DNA from: Bacteriovoracaceae bacterium
GTDB lineage: Bacteria > Bdellovibrionota > Bacteriovoracia > Bacteriovoracales > Bacteriovoracaceae
Assembly (NCBI GenBank): GCA_048270185.1
Contig: JBLWTJ010000001.1
Coordinates: 1,312,001 to 1,376,000, forward strand
Reading direction: 5' to 3'
Length of the DNA stretch: 64,000 bases
Shown here: piece by piece, positions 1 to 8,938 of the stretch
How positions within the stretch are numbered: position 1 is the stretch's first letter
Layout: each line of letters begins with the position of its first letter
Translations under genes and position numbers: made by a program
The notes under the pieces: generated by a model
Told to the model about the DNA's origin: nothing
What the model saw: the letters and a program-made list of their open reading frames with translations, nothing else
Databases searched by the model: none

Positions 1-947
1 GTCTCATCTTCTTCTTCCCAGTCTTCAAGTTCAAGCATATTAATGGCCGCAAGAATACCGGCCAGAGGATTATTTAACTCGTGAGCAATTGAGCTTGTAA
101 TAATACCAAGTTCAGAATGAGACTTTGTATAGTTGAATTCTTGCTTAACAAGACAAATAGTCTTGAGGTGTCCTAATTGCGAAAAGAGGATTTTATACTT
201 TTGATCTTCAATATCTATCCAGTCAGAATCAATCGATGCTAATAGATGATTTGGAGTGATATTTAACTTAGAAAAAAGATCATTATGATAACTTACAATT
301 TTATCGTCATTTAAAATAACGACGGGATAATTGAGTTGATTAATTAACTCGGAAAGCCCGACCTGACTCTGTGCCTGAGAGTGCTCATTAGCACTTGTAA
401 GTCGGACAAACTCTGCAATGGCCGGAATCAAATTTAGAGCTTCTACATTTCTAATCTTTAGTAGATAGAAGTGATCCTGATCTTCAAAACAAAAGTCTTC
501 TTCAACACTATAGAGAAAAGATTCAGACTTCTTTATCTTTAAAACCTGAAACTCACTCTTGATTTCATAGAGTTTAAATAGTGCATTGATGAAATTGTGA
601 TCAACTTCTGAATATACTTTTTCAATGAATGTTGTCACTTCTGCTGGATTTGAAGCTTCAAAGTTTAAGCTATAACCAATCTTAAACTGACGATGAAGTT
701 CTCTGCGAAAACTTAAAAGATCCTTTAACTCATTTGTATCAGTTAGTTCGATAATATGATCATCAAGCTTAATTATAAGAGGCTCACCTGATTCAATTGT
801 AAAATCAAAGTCAATTTCACTCTCACTAAATCCTGAATAATTTAAAGTTTTAAGAAGTTCTTCGTTAAGTTCGAGATTTGAGTGATACGAGAAATTCTGT
901 TTTAGAGAATCAATATCAATGTCTTTGAATGTTAGTGTTGAATTCAT
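1..947 (-). CDS. Sensor histidine kinase (N-terminal part; runs off the window start)
   Basis: Hand-translated ORF, not in the track. It starts MNSTLTFKDID with ATG at 947 overlapping the xseA stop (ATGA) and stays open to position 1. It contains the H-box SSIAHELNNPLAGI. Confidence 0.85.
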   Translation of the reverse strand, partial: MNSTLTFKDIDIDSLKQNFSYHSNLELNEELLKTLNYSGFSESEIDFDFTIESGEPLIIKLDDHIIELTDTNELKDLLSFRRELHRQFKIGYSLNFEASNPAEVTTFIEKVYSEVDHNFINALFKLYEIKSEFQVLKIKKSESFLYSVEEDFCFEDQDHFYLLKIRNVEALNLIPAIAEFVRLTSANEHSQAQSQVGLSELINQLNYPVVILNDDKIVSYHNDLFSKLNITPNHLLASIDSDWIDIEDQKYKILFSQLGHLKTICLVKQEFNYTKSHSELGIITSSIAHELNNPLAGILAAINMLELEDWEEEDE

Positions 948-2242
948 ACATCACCCTTTTTGAGAGTAACCATTCCATCCGCATAGTGGATATCGACATC
1001 AACATTCTTAAGCTTTGCTAAATCCTTAGCACTACTCACTACTTTATCTCCAATTTGAGTATAGGCATAGCCGCGAGTAAGAACATTCTTTGGATTGAGG
1101 GCCCCGAGAACTTTTTCGAACTCTAAATTCTTATTTTTAAAGTTGTGAATTTTCTCTTTAATGGCCTTGATTAGGTCTCTGCTTAGGCGATCAAGCTCAT
1201 AGCTATACTCATAGAGAGAAAGGATCTGCTCTTTTCTCTTAATAAGATTTAATTTTTCTAATTCGTGTTTATACTCAGATATTTTTGACTTAAGGGCCTG
1301 GAGAAAACTGAGTGGAGATGTTTCACTTAAAATATCATAGCGACGTCTTAACTGATCTTGCATTGAATTTCTTAGATCCTTCTTAAGTCTCGAAAGATCA
1401 TTATCAATAACGAGATATTTCTGCGTTAGAATTTCAGCAGCGGCCGAAGGAGTCTCCATTCTAAGGTCGGCCACGTAATCAGAGATCGTAAAGTCAACTT
1501 GGTGACCCACAGCACTTACTGTTGGAATTGGACAATTATAAATATCCCAAGCTAAGGCTTCATCATTGAACGCCCATAGGTCTTCCATTGATCCACCACC
1601 ACGGGTGAGGACAATGACGTCTAACATATCTTTAGTGCGACCTTCTTCTTTTGCTTTTAAATGGTAAGCAATTAACTTCTCTAAGGCCTTACGAATTGAA
1701 GCAGGAGCATTAACTCCTTGAACAAGGGCCGCAGATAAAAGTACCTGATGGTAGTCAGAGCGTCTTCCTGCAACATTTAGAAAATCTTGCAAAGCGGCTG
1801 CACCTTTAGCAGTGATAACTCCGATTTTCTTTGGCATAGAAGGGATTGGTAACTTTGAGCTCATATCAAAGAGTCCTTCGTCTTGAAGCTTCTTCTTAAG
1901 CATTTCAAATTGCTCTTGAAGATCTCCCTTACCGGCAGGAACAATTCTTTTAACAATTAATTGAAATGTACCACGAGTTGGGTAAACCGAAACTGAGCCC
2001 GAGACAATGACCTTATCTCCGGCCTTAATATTTTTGATAGTAGGGTTTCTCATGGCATCCATTTTAAAAAGGGCCATTTGCATGAGAGCATTGCCATCAC
2101 CTAACGAGAAATACCAATGTCCAGCACCTGAAGAGCTTAAGTTTGAAACTTCTCCTGTCACACTAATATTTTGGTAGTTTTTTTCGAGATTATTTTTAAT
2201 GTGATTAACGAGTTGAGAAACAGAAGGGACTTTATTATTCAT
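944..2242 (-). CDS. xseA: Exodeoxyribonuclease VII large subunit
   Basis: N-terminal OB fold (GEVSNL..GHWYFSL), RGGGSMEDLWAFNDE, SAVGHQVDFTISDYVADLRMETPSAAAE and a C-terminal LTRGYA. Confidence 0.96.
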   Translation of the reverse strand: MNNKVPSVSQLVNHIKNNLEKNYQNISVTGEVSNLSSSGAGHWYFSLGDGNALMQMALFKMDAMRNPTIKNIKAGDKVIVSGSVSVYPTRGTFQLIVKRIVPAGKGDLQEQFEMLKKKLQDEGLFDMSSKLPIPSMPKKIGVITAKGAAALQDFLNVAGRRSDYHQVLLSAALVQGVNAPASIRKALEKLIAYHLKAKEEGRTKDMLDVIVLTRGGGSMEDLWAFNDEALAWDIYNCPIPTVSAVGHQVDFTISDYVADLRMETPSAAAEILTQKYLVIDNDLSRLKKDLRNSMQDQLRRRYDILSETSPLSFLQALKSKISEYKHELEKLNLIKRKEQILSLYEYSYELDRLSRDLIKAIKEKIHNFKNKNLEFEKVLGALNPKNVLTRGYAYTQIGDKVVSSAKDLAKLKNVDVDIHYADGMVTLKKGDV

Positions 2243-2309
2243 CTAGATATGATGAAGAAAAAGGCACAAAGTGGGAAGACTAAACGCGTCACCCACTTCG
2301 CTATAAGTA

Positions 2310-3650
2310 TTAGATTTTACTGAATTTTTCGACTGTATTGAGGAATTTAATGGCCTGAATAACTTGGTAATCTTCAGCAGCATTATACTTTGAAGATTTC
2401 TTCTTTTGGCCATTGTGTTCATTAAGTGCTTTTGCTCTTTCGATTCTCTTCATACGAGCAACTTTCTCACGTGCAAGACGTGCTTTCTTTTCTTCTTTTG
2501 TTTCAACTGTAGCTGTTAAGTGGTTTCTTAAATCAACCTCTCTAATTCCACCATCATCATACATATTCTCAGATATGAATTCACCTTCGACTTGTGAAAC
2601 TAGCACATCAGGCTTAATACCTAGGGCCTGAATTTTTCTTCCTTTCGGAGTCATATACTGAGCAATTGTAAGCTTAATTCCTTGATCTTCAGTAATTTGA
2701 GAAACTGTTTGAACACTTCCCTTACCAAAAGAATTTGTTCCAATAATAATTGCACGTCCATGATCTTGGAGAGCACCTGCAACGATTTCAGATGCAGAAG
2801 CACTTGAACCATTAATTAAAACACCTACTGGAACTTTTAATTCTTTATGCCCACTCTTTTTTACATAGCGAATTTCTTTATTCTTTGGATCACGGCCTTC
2901 AGTAGAAACAACCACTCCTTCATTTAAGAAAACTGAGGCTAGGTTTACAGCTTCATTCAAAAGCCCTCCAGGATTATTTCGTAAATCCAAGATAACACCT
3001 TTGAAATTCTTCCCTAGAGCTTTCTTCTCTTTCTTAATTCCATCAACAACAAACTTAGCTGCATTCTTTTGAAATTGGCTTAAACGAATAACTGCATATC
3101 CATTTACTGCATATGACTTAACTGGTTTCGTTTTAATCTTTTGTCTTTTTACGTCAAAGTAGCGAATATCTTTTTCACCCGCTCGCAAAATCCCAAGATT
3201 AATGATGGCACCAAGCTCCCCCTTCATCTTATCAACGGCTTCATCAAGAGTGATCCCTATTGTTGATTCATGATTGATCTCGATGATCTTATCTCCAGGC
3301 TCAAGCCCTGCTTTCTCAGCAGGTGAATCTTCAATTGGAGTAGTGATAACGAGGACACCATCTTTTTGAGTTACTTCAATTCCAAGTCCACCATACTCTC
3401 CACTTGTATCTTCTTGCATCTTTTTAAAGACTTCTTTGTCTAAGAATGCCGAGTGAGGATCGAGAGTTTGAAAGATACCTTTTAAAGCACCATCTATTAA
3501 TTTATCGATATCAACCTGACGGTAATAATTTGTTTCGATAATGTGAATAACTTTGTTGAATAATTCGAGTTTCTCGAAACGAGACTTTTCCTTCGACTGG
3601 ACTGGCACCATCAATGTGCAAAGCACAAGTGCCACAAGAAGTTTCTTCAT
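2310..3650 (-). CDS. ctpA: Carboxyl-terminal processing protease, S41A family (PDZ + peptidase)
   Basis: Signal peptide, LDPHS, PDZ GLGI, LDLRNNPGG, catalytic SASASEI and SFGKGSVQ. Confidence 0.93.
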   Translation of the reverse strand: MKKLLVALVLCTLMVPVQSKEKSRFEKLELFNKVIHIIETNYYRQVDIDKLIDGALKGIFQTLDPHSAFLDKEVFKKMQEDTSGEYGGLGIEVTQKDGVLVITTPIEDSPAEKAGLEPGDKIIEINHESTIGITLDEAVDKMKGELGAIINLGILRAGEKDIRYFDVKRQKIKTKPVKSYAVNGYAVIRLSQFQKNAAKFVVDGIKKEKKALGKNFKGVILDLRNNPGGLLNEAVNLASVFLNEGVVVSTEGRDPKNKEIRYVKKSGHKELKVPVGVLINGSSASASEIVAGALQDHGRAIIIGTNSFGKGSVQTVSQITEDQGIKLTIAQYMTPKGRKIQALGIKPDVLVSQVEGEFISENMYDDGGIREVDLRNHLTATVETKEEKKARLAREKVARMKRIERAKALNEHNGQKKKSSKYNAAEDYQVIQAIKFLNTVEKFSKI

Positions 3651-3670
3651 GATATTTCCTAATCTTAATC

Positions 3671-4705
3671 TTATATATTAAGTTTCTTATTAACTAATGA
3701 AGCTGTATTTTGCGCAGTATTTTTCTTTCTAATTTCAAAATAAACTTTGCTTAAATTACCTTTCTTAATTGAAAAGCGAGTTTTTGCAAGTTGAGTTCCA
3801 GCCGCTATTCCCTGCCCTTTTTTAACATTAGCAGTCAGATCACCTAGATAAATACTTCTTACATCATTACCGTGGTCAACCATGATCACGTTTCCAACGT
3901 TAGCAAGAGATCCAACGTACTCAACCTTTCCGTCTTTTGTTGCAAGAATTTCTTGTCCACTTTTGACAGTATATGTAATCCCCTTCTTTCCATTTTCAAC
4001 TGAAATGTACTTCTTTAGTGGGATGGCGAAGTCTGCAACAAGGCTTGAAGACTTATTTGCAGCTCTTTGTTTCTTTGCAGCTTTCTGTTTAGCAATTCGT
4101 TGATTTTTTTCTAGCTTATGTAATTCTGACTTTAATTTTTCATGATTTTCTTTTTCAGCTAAGAACTCTTTTACTGTTGAGTTTTTCTCACTCTCAAGAT
4201 CTTGAAGAACTGCGTATAACTCTCTTTCAACAGCAATTGTTTCATTCAAAGTTAGTCTAAGTTTTGTTGTCTTCTCTTTTAGATTTTTACAGTAATCAAT
4301 TTTTGATTGAATTTCATTCTTTTCTTTTTTTAGTGATTTTAAAAGTAATTGGCTTTTAACAAGGTCATCGTGAGTTGAATTCTCCATATAGCTTAGGGCC
4401 ACGTGGCGAATCGTTTTCTTAACTTTAATTTTATCTTGTTCTAATTCAAATAGAGATTGATTAAGGTTTTTTTCAAGATCATAAATCTTATAATCGAGAT
4501 CTTGTCTCGATTTCATTGCTTGCATGTAGTCTTCATTCTTAACTTGTAGCTTTGTTTCAATTGATTGAATACTAGACTTATAAGTGTCAATTTTCTTACG
4601 ACTTACATTAACTTGTTTATTAACATTATTGAAGCTTGGGTTATTGGCCCCGAAAGCAAATGAAGATGCAATGAGAATTGATAATAAAATTAAGCTTTTT
4701 GCCAT
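3671..4705 (-). CDS. envC: EnvC-like murein hydrolase activator (coiled coil + degenerate M23/LytM domain)
   Basis: Signal peptide, long coiled coil and a C-terminal LytM-like domain (GNVIMVDHG..YFEIR) lacking Zn ligands. It lies between ftsX and ctpA. Confidence 0.75.
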   Translation of the reverse strand: MAKSLILLSILIASSFAFGANNPSFNNVNKQVNVSRKKIDTYKSSIQSIETKLQVKNEDYMQAMKSRQDLDYKIYDLEKNLNQSLFELEQDKIKVKKTIRHVALSYMENSTHDDLVKSQLLLKSLKKEKNEIQSKIDYCKNLKEKTTKLRLTLNETIAVERELYAVLQDLESEKNSTVKEFLAEKENHEKLKSELHKLEKNQRIAKQKAAKKQRAANKSSSLVADFAIPLKKYISVENGKKGITYTVKSGQEILATKDGKVEYVGSLANVGNVIMVDHGNDVRSIYLGDLTANVKKGQGIAAGTQLAKTRFSIKKGNLSKVYFEIRKKNTAQNTASLVNKKLNI

Positions 4706-5487
4706 TCAACTTTCCCTACGCTGTACCAAGCAGTTGATGCTAGTAAAACGCTACTTACAATTATTGCTAAGACTTGATCTGGTGCAAAGAACGCAAATGA
4801 AACGATACACCCTACTATTGTTGAAGTTAGAATATTTGTTGCATACATTTTTAGTGCAACATTCTTCTTTCTCTGAAATTTTTCAATTAAGTACGAGATT
4901 TGTTTTAGGTTTCTCATAATTGATGCAAATGCAACAAGCCAGAAAAGTGAAACGACGACAATGAGAACTTGAAGAGGTCTCTTCTTAAGCTCAGTCATCA
5001 CATTCTTCCATGATTCATTATTTGCAATTTTCTTACGAATTGATCCAAGGACAACATTGTCCTTACCCGTTAGTCTTACTAAGTACTCACGAATTAGGTC
5101 TGTTGAACTCGCTGAAACTTTCTCATCTAAAACAACTTTTAGACCTTTCATTGAAACGATCTCTGTAATATCACTCTTGTCTAGAGCTAAAACTTCTTTT
5201 AATTGATTCGTTACTGCAAGACTCTTTGTACTGCTAATACTTTCCACGGCCTTAACACCTGGAAGCCCCTCAATCTTACGAGAGATACTACTTGTATTTA
5301 AGTTTCCATCAACAAGTGCGTTAAAGTAGTACTCATTTTGAATTGAAGGTAGAGCATTCGAAATTCTTATCTTGAAACTATCGTAATTTGATACCGTAAC
5401 AACAAGTGAAATCGTTAGCAGTGAAAAAACAGCTTGGCCAAATAAGTTATTCTTTGTAAACCTTGCTAATTCTCTTAAATAAAACAT
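4690..5487 (-). CDS. ftsX: FtsX-like cell division permease (divergent)
   Basis: One N-terminal TM, a periplasmic loop (IEGLPGVKAVESIS) and three C-terminal TMs. It lies between ftsE and envC. Confidence 0.65.
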   Translation of the reverse strand: MFYLRELARFTKNNLFGQAVFSLLTISLVVTVSNYDSFKIRISNALPSIQNEYYFNALVDGNLNTSSISRKIEGLPGVKAVESISSTKSLAVTNQLKEVLALDKSDITEIVSMKGLKVVLDEKVSASSTDLIREYLVRLTGKDNVVLGSIRKKIANNESWKNVMTELKKRPLQVLIVVVSLFWLVAFASIMRNLKQISYLIEKFQRKKNVALKMYATNILTSTIVGCIVSFAFFAPDQVLAIIVSSVLLASTAWYSVGKVEWQKA

Positions 5488-6179
5488 GCATGCCCCGAAT
5501 GAATTAAACGTGAATTATCTAAGTGGATAATTCTCCCAGTGAATCGTTGTACTAATTCGCGATTATGTGAGGCCCAAATAATTGTTGTTCCTCTTTTTGC
5601 GTTATAGATATTAAGTAGATCAAATAAACGTTTCGTATTATCAAAATCAAGTGAACTTGAAGGTTCATCAGCAATGAAAACATCGGGCTTAGAAAGAAGA
5701 GCTCTAATAATGGCAACTTTCTGTCTTAGTCCCCCATTTGCATCCTTGGCCTTTAAACCAATACGATTCTTTATTCCTAAAATTTTAATCAACTCTTTTA
5801 GATCACTTTCGAATTCTTTACGAGATCGATAAACACTTGGATCAAAGGCGAATTGAAGATTTTCAAGTAGGCTCATATTCTCAACAAGGCGTAGATCTTG
5901 AAAAACTTGTGTTGTGAAAACCTTTTCATCAATTTTGATATTTCCGCTAGTTGGCGCGATATTTCCAGCAAGCACATTGAGAAGTGTTGTCTTCCCTGCT
6001 CCAGAAGCACCAGTAACAAAGACGACTTCACCCTTTCGAATCTGCAGATTGATATTTGAAATGGCCTTAACTCCATTGTAATCAACCGTCACATTCTCGA
6101 GTGAGAAATAAGAATTTGGGTTCAAATTCTGATTGCCGAATAAATGATGTGTTTGATTTGCGTAACTGCCTGAGATCAT
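5475..6179 (-). CDS. ftsE: FtsE-like ABC ATPase
   Basis: Walker A TGASGAGKTT, VFQDLRL Q-loop and Walker B IADEPS. Start moved to ATG 6179, which has a GAAGGA RBS. Confidence 0.8.
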   Translation of the reverse strand: MISGSYANQTHHLFGNQNLNPNSYFSLENVTVDYNGVKAISNINLQIRKGEVVFVTGASGAGKTTLLNVLAGNIAPTSGNIKIDEKVFTTQVFQDLRLVENMSLLENLQFAFDPSVYRSRKEFESDLKELIKILGIKNRIGLKAKDANGGLRQKVAIIRALLSKPDVFIADEPSSSLDFDNTKRLFDLLNIYNAKRGTTIIWASHNRELVQRFTGRIIHLDNSRLIHSGHACFI

Positions 6180-6336
6180 TGATATGAGTCCTTCATTTAA
6201 TAATTCAAATCTTCCTAACTTGAATGTGGTCGAAATCCTCTCGACCGTAATTAATTTTATAACAAAATGGAATTTTTCGCAAAGGAGAATAAAGAGTCCG
6301 ACCCACTGAGTCAATTACATTAATTTCACATTTCTG

Positions 6337-7182
6337 GTGTTGATTGAAGCGATATTTCTTCGTAGAATCATCAAAAATCACTCAAAAGAGGTCAAAGTGC
6401 TTGAAAAAATTAATGGAAAACAACTAAATGCGAGTATTCTTGCCAAGAATCTCATTGATTCTGAGCAGGCCAAGAATGATCTATCATTTTATGACATCGT
6501 CTATGTGATCCAGAATGACACCAAGACTTCTTTTAAAAAATCGCAAGTTGAAGGGATTCAGGTAACCCTGGCCTTTACCAACCGTGAACTTTGCCAAAAA
6601 CATACTTTAGATAGTGATCGCGTTCGTGCCATCACTGTTGGAATGCTATGTAAGGAAACAAAATCAAATTCAATCGAAGTCATCGGTATTGATCTCAATG
6701 AAGCGAACCAATTTGACGATTTTATTTTTGCTCCTCCTTATGATGAGCTAACTGGCCAATTTATTATCTCACCAAGAGATGAGGCCATCTCGCTATTATC
6801 AATTGATAATGAGTCCCACCGTTTTATGGGCGTGAAGGCAACTTTCTTTTCAATTACAAATAAGGCCTTAGTCACAATGGGCCTGGCCGAACGAGAAGAA
6901 TACTTAAATGAACTCATTGATAACCTAGGCTTTATCATTCCGCGTATTCCACAACCTAAGGGTAGTGCAAATATTATCTGCTTACTTTTAAATCTCGAAA
7001 ATCCTATTGAGGAAAGGGCCTTTGTAAGAGACTACCCTACATTTGATTCTTATACAGAAGTTCTCTTCGTTAACTCTGAACTTGATTTACTAACAGGTGA
7101 TCTAACAAAGATTAAGTATGATGGGGCAAGTTTAGAAGGTGTTTACTTACCCCTGATTAAAAGAAATAAGGAAGTTAAATAA
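6337..7182 (+). CDS. Hypothetical protein
   Basis: 281-codon ORF; probable start GTG 6397 after GAGG. No motif confidently recognised. Confidence 0.6.
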   Translation: MLIEAIFLRRIIKNHSKEVKVLEKINGKQLNASILAKNLIDSEQAKNDLSFYDIVYVIQNDTKTSFKKSQVEGIQVTLAFTNRELCQKHTLDSDRVRAITVGMLCKETKSNSIEVIGIDLNEANQFDDFIFAPPYDELTGQFIISPRDEAISLLSIDNESHRFMGVKATFFSITNKALVTMGLAEREEYLNELIDNLGFIIPRIPQPKGSANIICLLLNLENPIEERAFVRDYPTFDSYTEVLFVNSELDLLTGDLTKIKYDGASLEGVYLPLIKRNKEVK

Positions 7183-8605
7183 CTCCCTCATCTTTTAAAA
7201 GTTTGTACGCACCATCTGAACAAAAGCAATTTGGTGTGTAGCTCATTGTATTTGAAAGCTTTGAAATAATTGAGTTCTCAACATCGGCCAGTAATTTTAC
7301 TTGTCCGTCATCAAGACGAATTTTCACAGGATCTCTCTCAAGTAGAAGATTCGTGAGATTTGTTTTCTTAGCAAGTTCTCTCGGGCTCTTAACAAAGATA
7401 ATCTTCTTCTTTGGAATATCAGGGATAACCCAGTCGGCATTACTTCCCTTCTCTTTCACAAAGTTCACAATATCAGTTGCCTTATTTGTCGTCTTCTTAA
7501 ATAGCTTTTCATTGAAGCCAACATTATCTTGCTCAAGAAGTGATTGTGAGAAGTCACTCGTATCAACATTCTTAGCACCATGACGAAGAAGAAGGATACG
7601 GGCCATATCTTTAATGTCTGGATACTTATCAAACCCTCCATCAACAAGTAGCTTATGAATTGTATTCATAAAGTATGAATCATTGAATCCGTAGAATCTC
7701 ATTGGATCATTACTGATGATATCTAAAAGTTCACTATAGCGATAAATATGTCCCTTCTCTAGCATGTGATAGCAAAGAGCATCGGCAATTGCATCATACT
7801 TAGAACCTCGTGGTGAGCGAATAACTTGCGAGTACCAAGCAAAGCGTGCACTTAAGAAATCCTCCACACAGTGAAGAGCATTTTCTTTAATGGCCAAAAT
7901 ATCGTGGCCAGCTACCTTCTCTGTTGTGAAGTGGTGAAGTAAGTATTCTCTATCGTAAGTTCCATACTTAAGACCAGTATAGTGTGCATCTCTTAAGAGA
8001 TAGTCCATACGGTCACAATCAATCTCAGAGTGAAGAATTTGATTGGCAAGAATTGATGAGTGCGTACCTTTAACTAGATCAGAAATTTCTTGTGGATCAA
8101 TTCCGTGATCCTTAAGAATGCGAGTAAGGCCTCCTTCATAATCTGTATTCTTGATGATGAATGAGCCTAGGTTTTCGTGATCATCTTGAAGACCTTTTCC
8201 ACCTTTCTTATTTGTCGTCTCCCCGATCTTGATATAGGCCATCTCTGTTGTGTGAGAAAAACAAAATGTTCCAATATCGTGAAGAAGAGCTGAGACGCGA
8301 ATGGCCTGATGATACTTGGCCTCTTTCGATTTTTGCTCTTTAATAAATAACTCATGGTCTTCGACACCACGTCCAACTGATCTTAGGATATGGTGGGCAT
8401 TATTTAAAACACCTATTGAGTGGCCATAGCGCGAGTGCTCGGCACCGTGGAAAACGTAGAATGAAAAACCTAATTGTTTAATCCATCTAAGTCTCTGAAA
8501 AAATGGACTGTGAATGATCTCCATCTCAAGTGGAGTTAAGTCAATAAACCCATAAAGTGGATCGTAGACTTTTAGACCTAATTTAGCGTTTGAGACAACT
8601 TCCAT
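7175..8605 (-). CDS. HD-domain phosphohydrolase (dNTP triphosphohydrolase/YdhJ-like)
   Basis: DPLYG, FQRLRWIKQLG, HSRYGHSIG, LLHDIG..FSH and DCDRMDYLLRD. Confidence 0.9.
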   Translation of the reverse strand: MEVVSNAKLGLKVYDPLYGFIDLTPLEMEIIHSPFFQRLRWIKQLGFSFYVFHGAEHSRYGHSIGVLNNAHHILRSVGRGVEDHELFIKEQKSKEAKYHQAIRVSALLHDIGTFCFSHTTEMAYIKIGETTNKKGGKGLQDDHENLGSFIIKNTDYEGGLTRILKDHGIDPQEISDLVKGTHSSILANQILHSEIDCDRMDYLLRDAHYTGLKYGTYDREYLLHHFTTEKVAGHDILAIKENALHCVEDFLSARFAWYSQVIRSPRGSKYDAIADALCYHMLEKGHIYRYSELLDIISNDPMRFYGFNDSYFMNTIHKLLVDGGFDKYPDIKDMARILLLRHGAKNVDTSDFSQSLLEQDNVGFNEKLFKKTTNKATDIVNFVKEKGSNADWVIPDIPKKKIIFVKSPRELAKKTNLTNLLLERDPVKIRLDDGQVKLLADVENSIISKLSNTMSYTPNCFCSDGAYKLLKDEGVI

Positions 8606-8618
8606 GTTGATCCTTTTG

Positions 8619-8648
8619 AAAAAACAAATGCCCGTAAATTACGGGCAT
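8619..8648 (-). terminator. Rho-independent terminator of the 57-aa small gene
   Basis: ATGCCCGT..ACGGGCAT stem followed by a T-rich tract on the minus strand. Confidence 0.7.
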
Positions 8649-8686
8649 CTTATATTTTATAATAAATTTGTTGATAGATACAAGGA

Positions 8687-8860
8687 TTAAGACTTTTTCT
8701 TTCTTCCTCTTTTCTTAACTGGTGTTGTTGCTACTTTAAGAGCCTCAAAAATCTTCTTTGCTTCAGCTCTTAAGTTATTTTCATAGATAAAGCGGTAGAA
8801 ATTCTCTAAATCTGGTGAACTTCTGAAGTTCTTTGGTAGTCTATTGTCTTCTGTTGACAT
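8687..8860 (-). CDS. Small basic protein (57 aa), not in ORF track
   Basis: AGGAG RBS. Translation MSTEDNRLPKNFRSSPDLENFYRFIYENNLRAEAKKIFEALKVATTPVKKRGRKKKS, followed by a terminator. Confidence 0.8.
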   Translation of the reverse strand: MSTEDNRLPKNFRSSPDLENFYRFIYENNLRAEAKKIFEALKVATTPVKKRGRKKKS

Positions 8861-8938
8861 GTGCTCTCCTTATTAGACTGACATAATAGCTTCAAAATTA
8901 CGCTTTATCAATTCTCTTTAATCTTCTTTAAGTACTGA

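Noticed and set aside
7175..8605. HD protein as an anti-phage dNTPase
   Set aside because: It sits in a housekeeping context with no defence-island neighbours, and the family is widespread.
8687..8860. Bacterial histone-fold protein
   Set aside because: It lacks the histone-fold RKTV-type signature; only the basic tail is suggestive.
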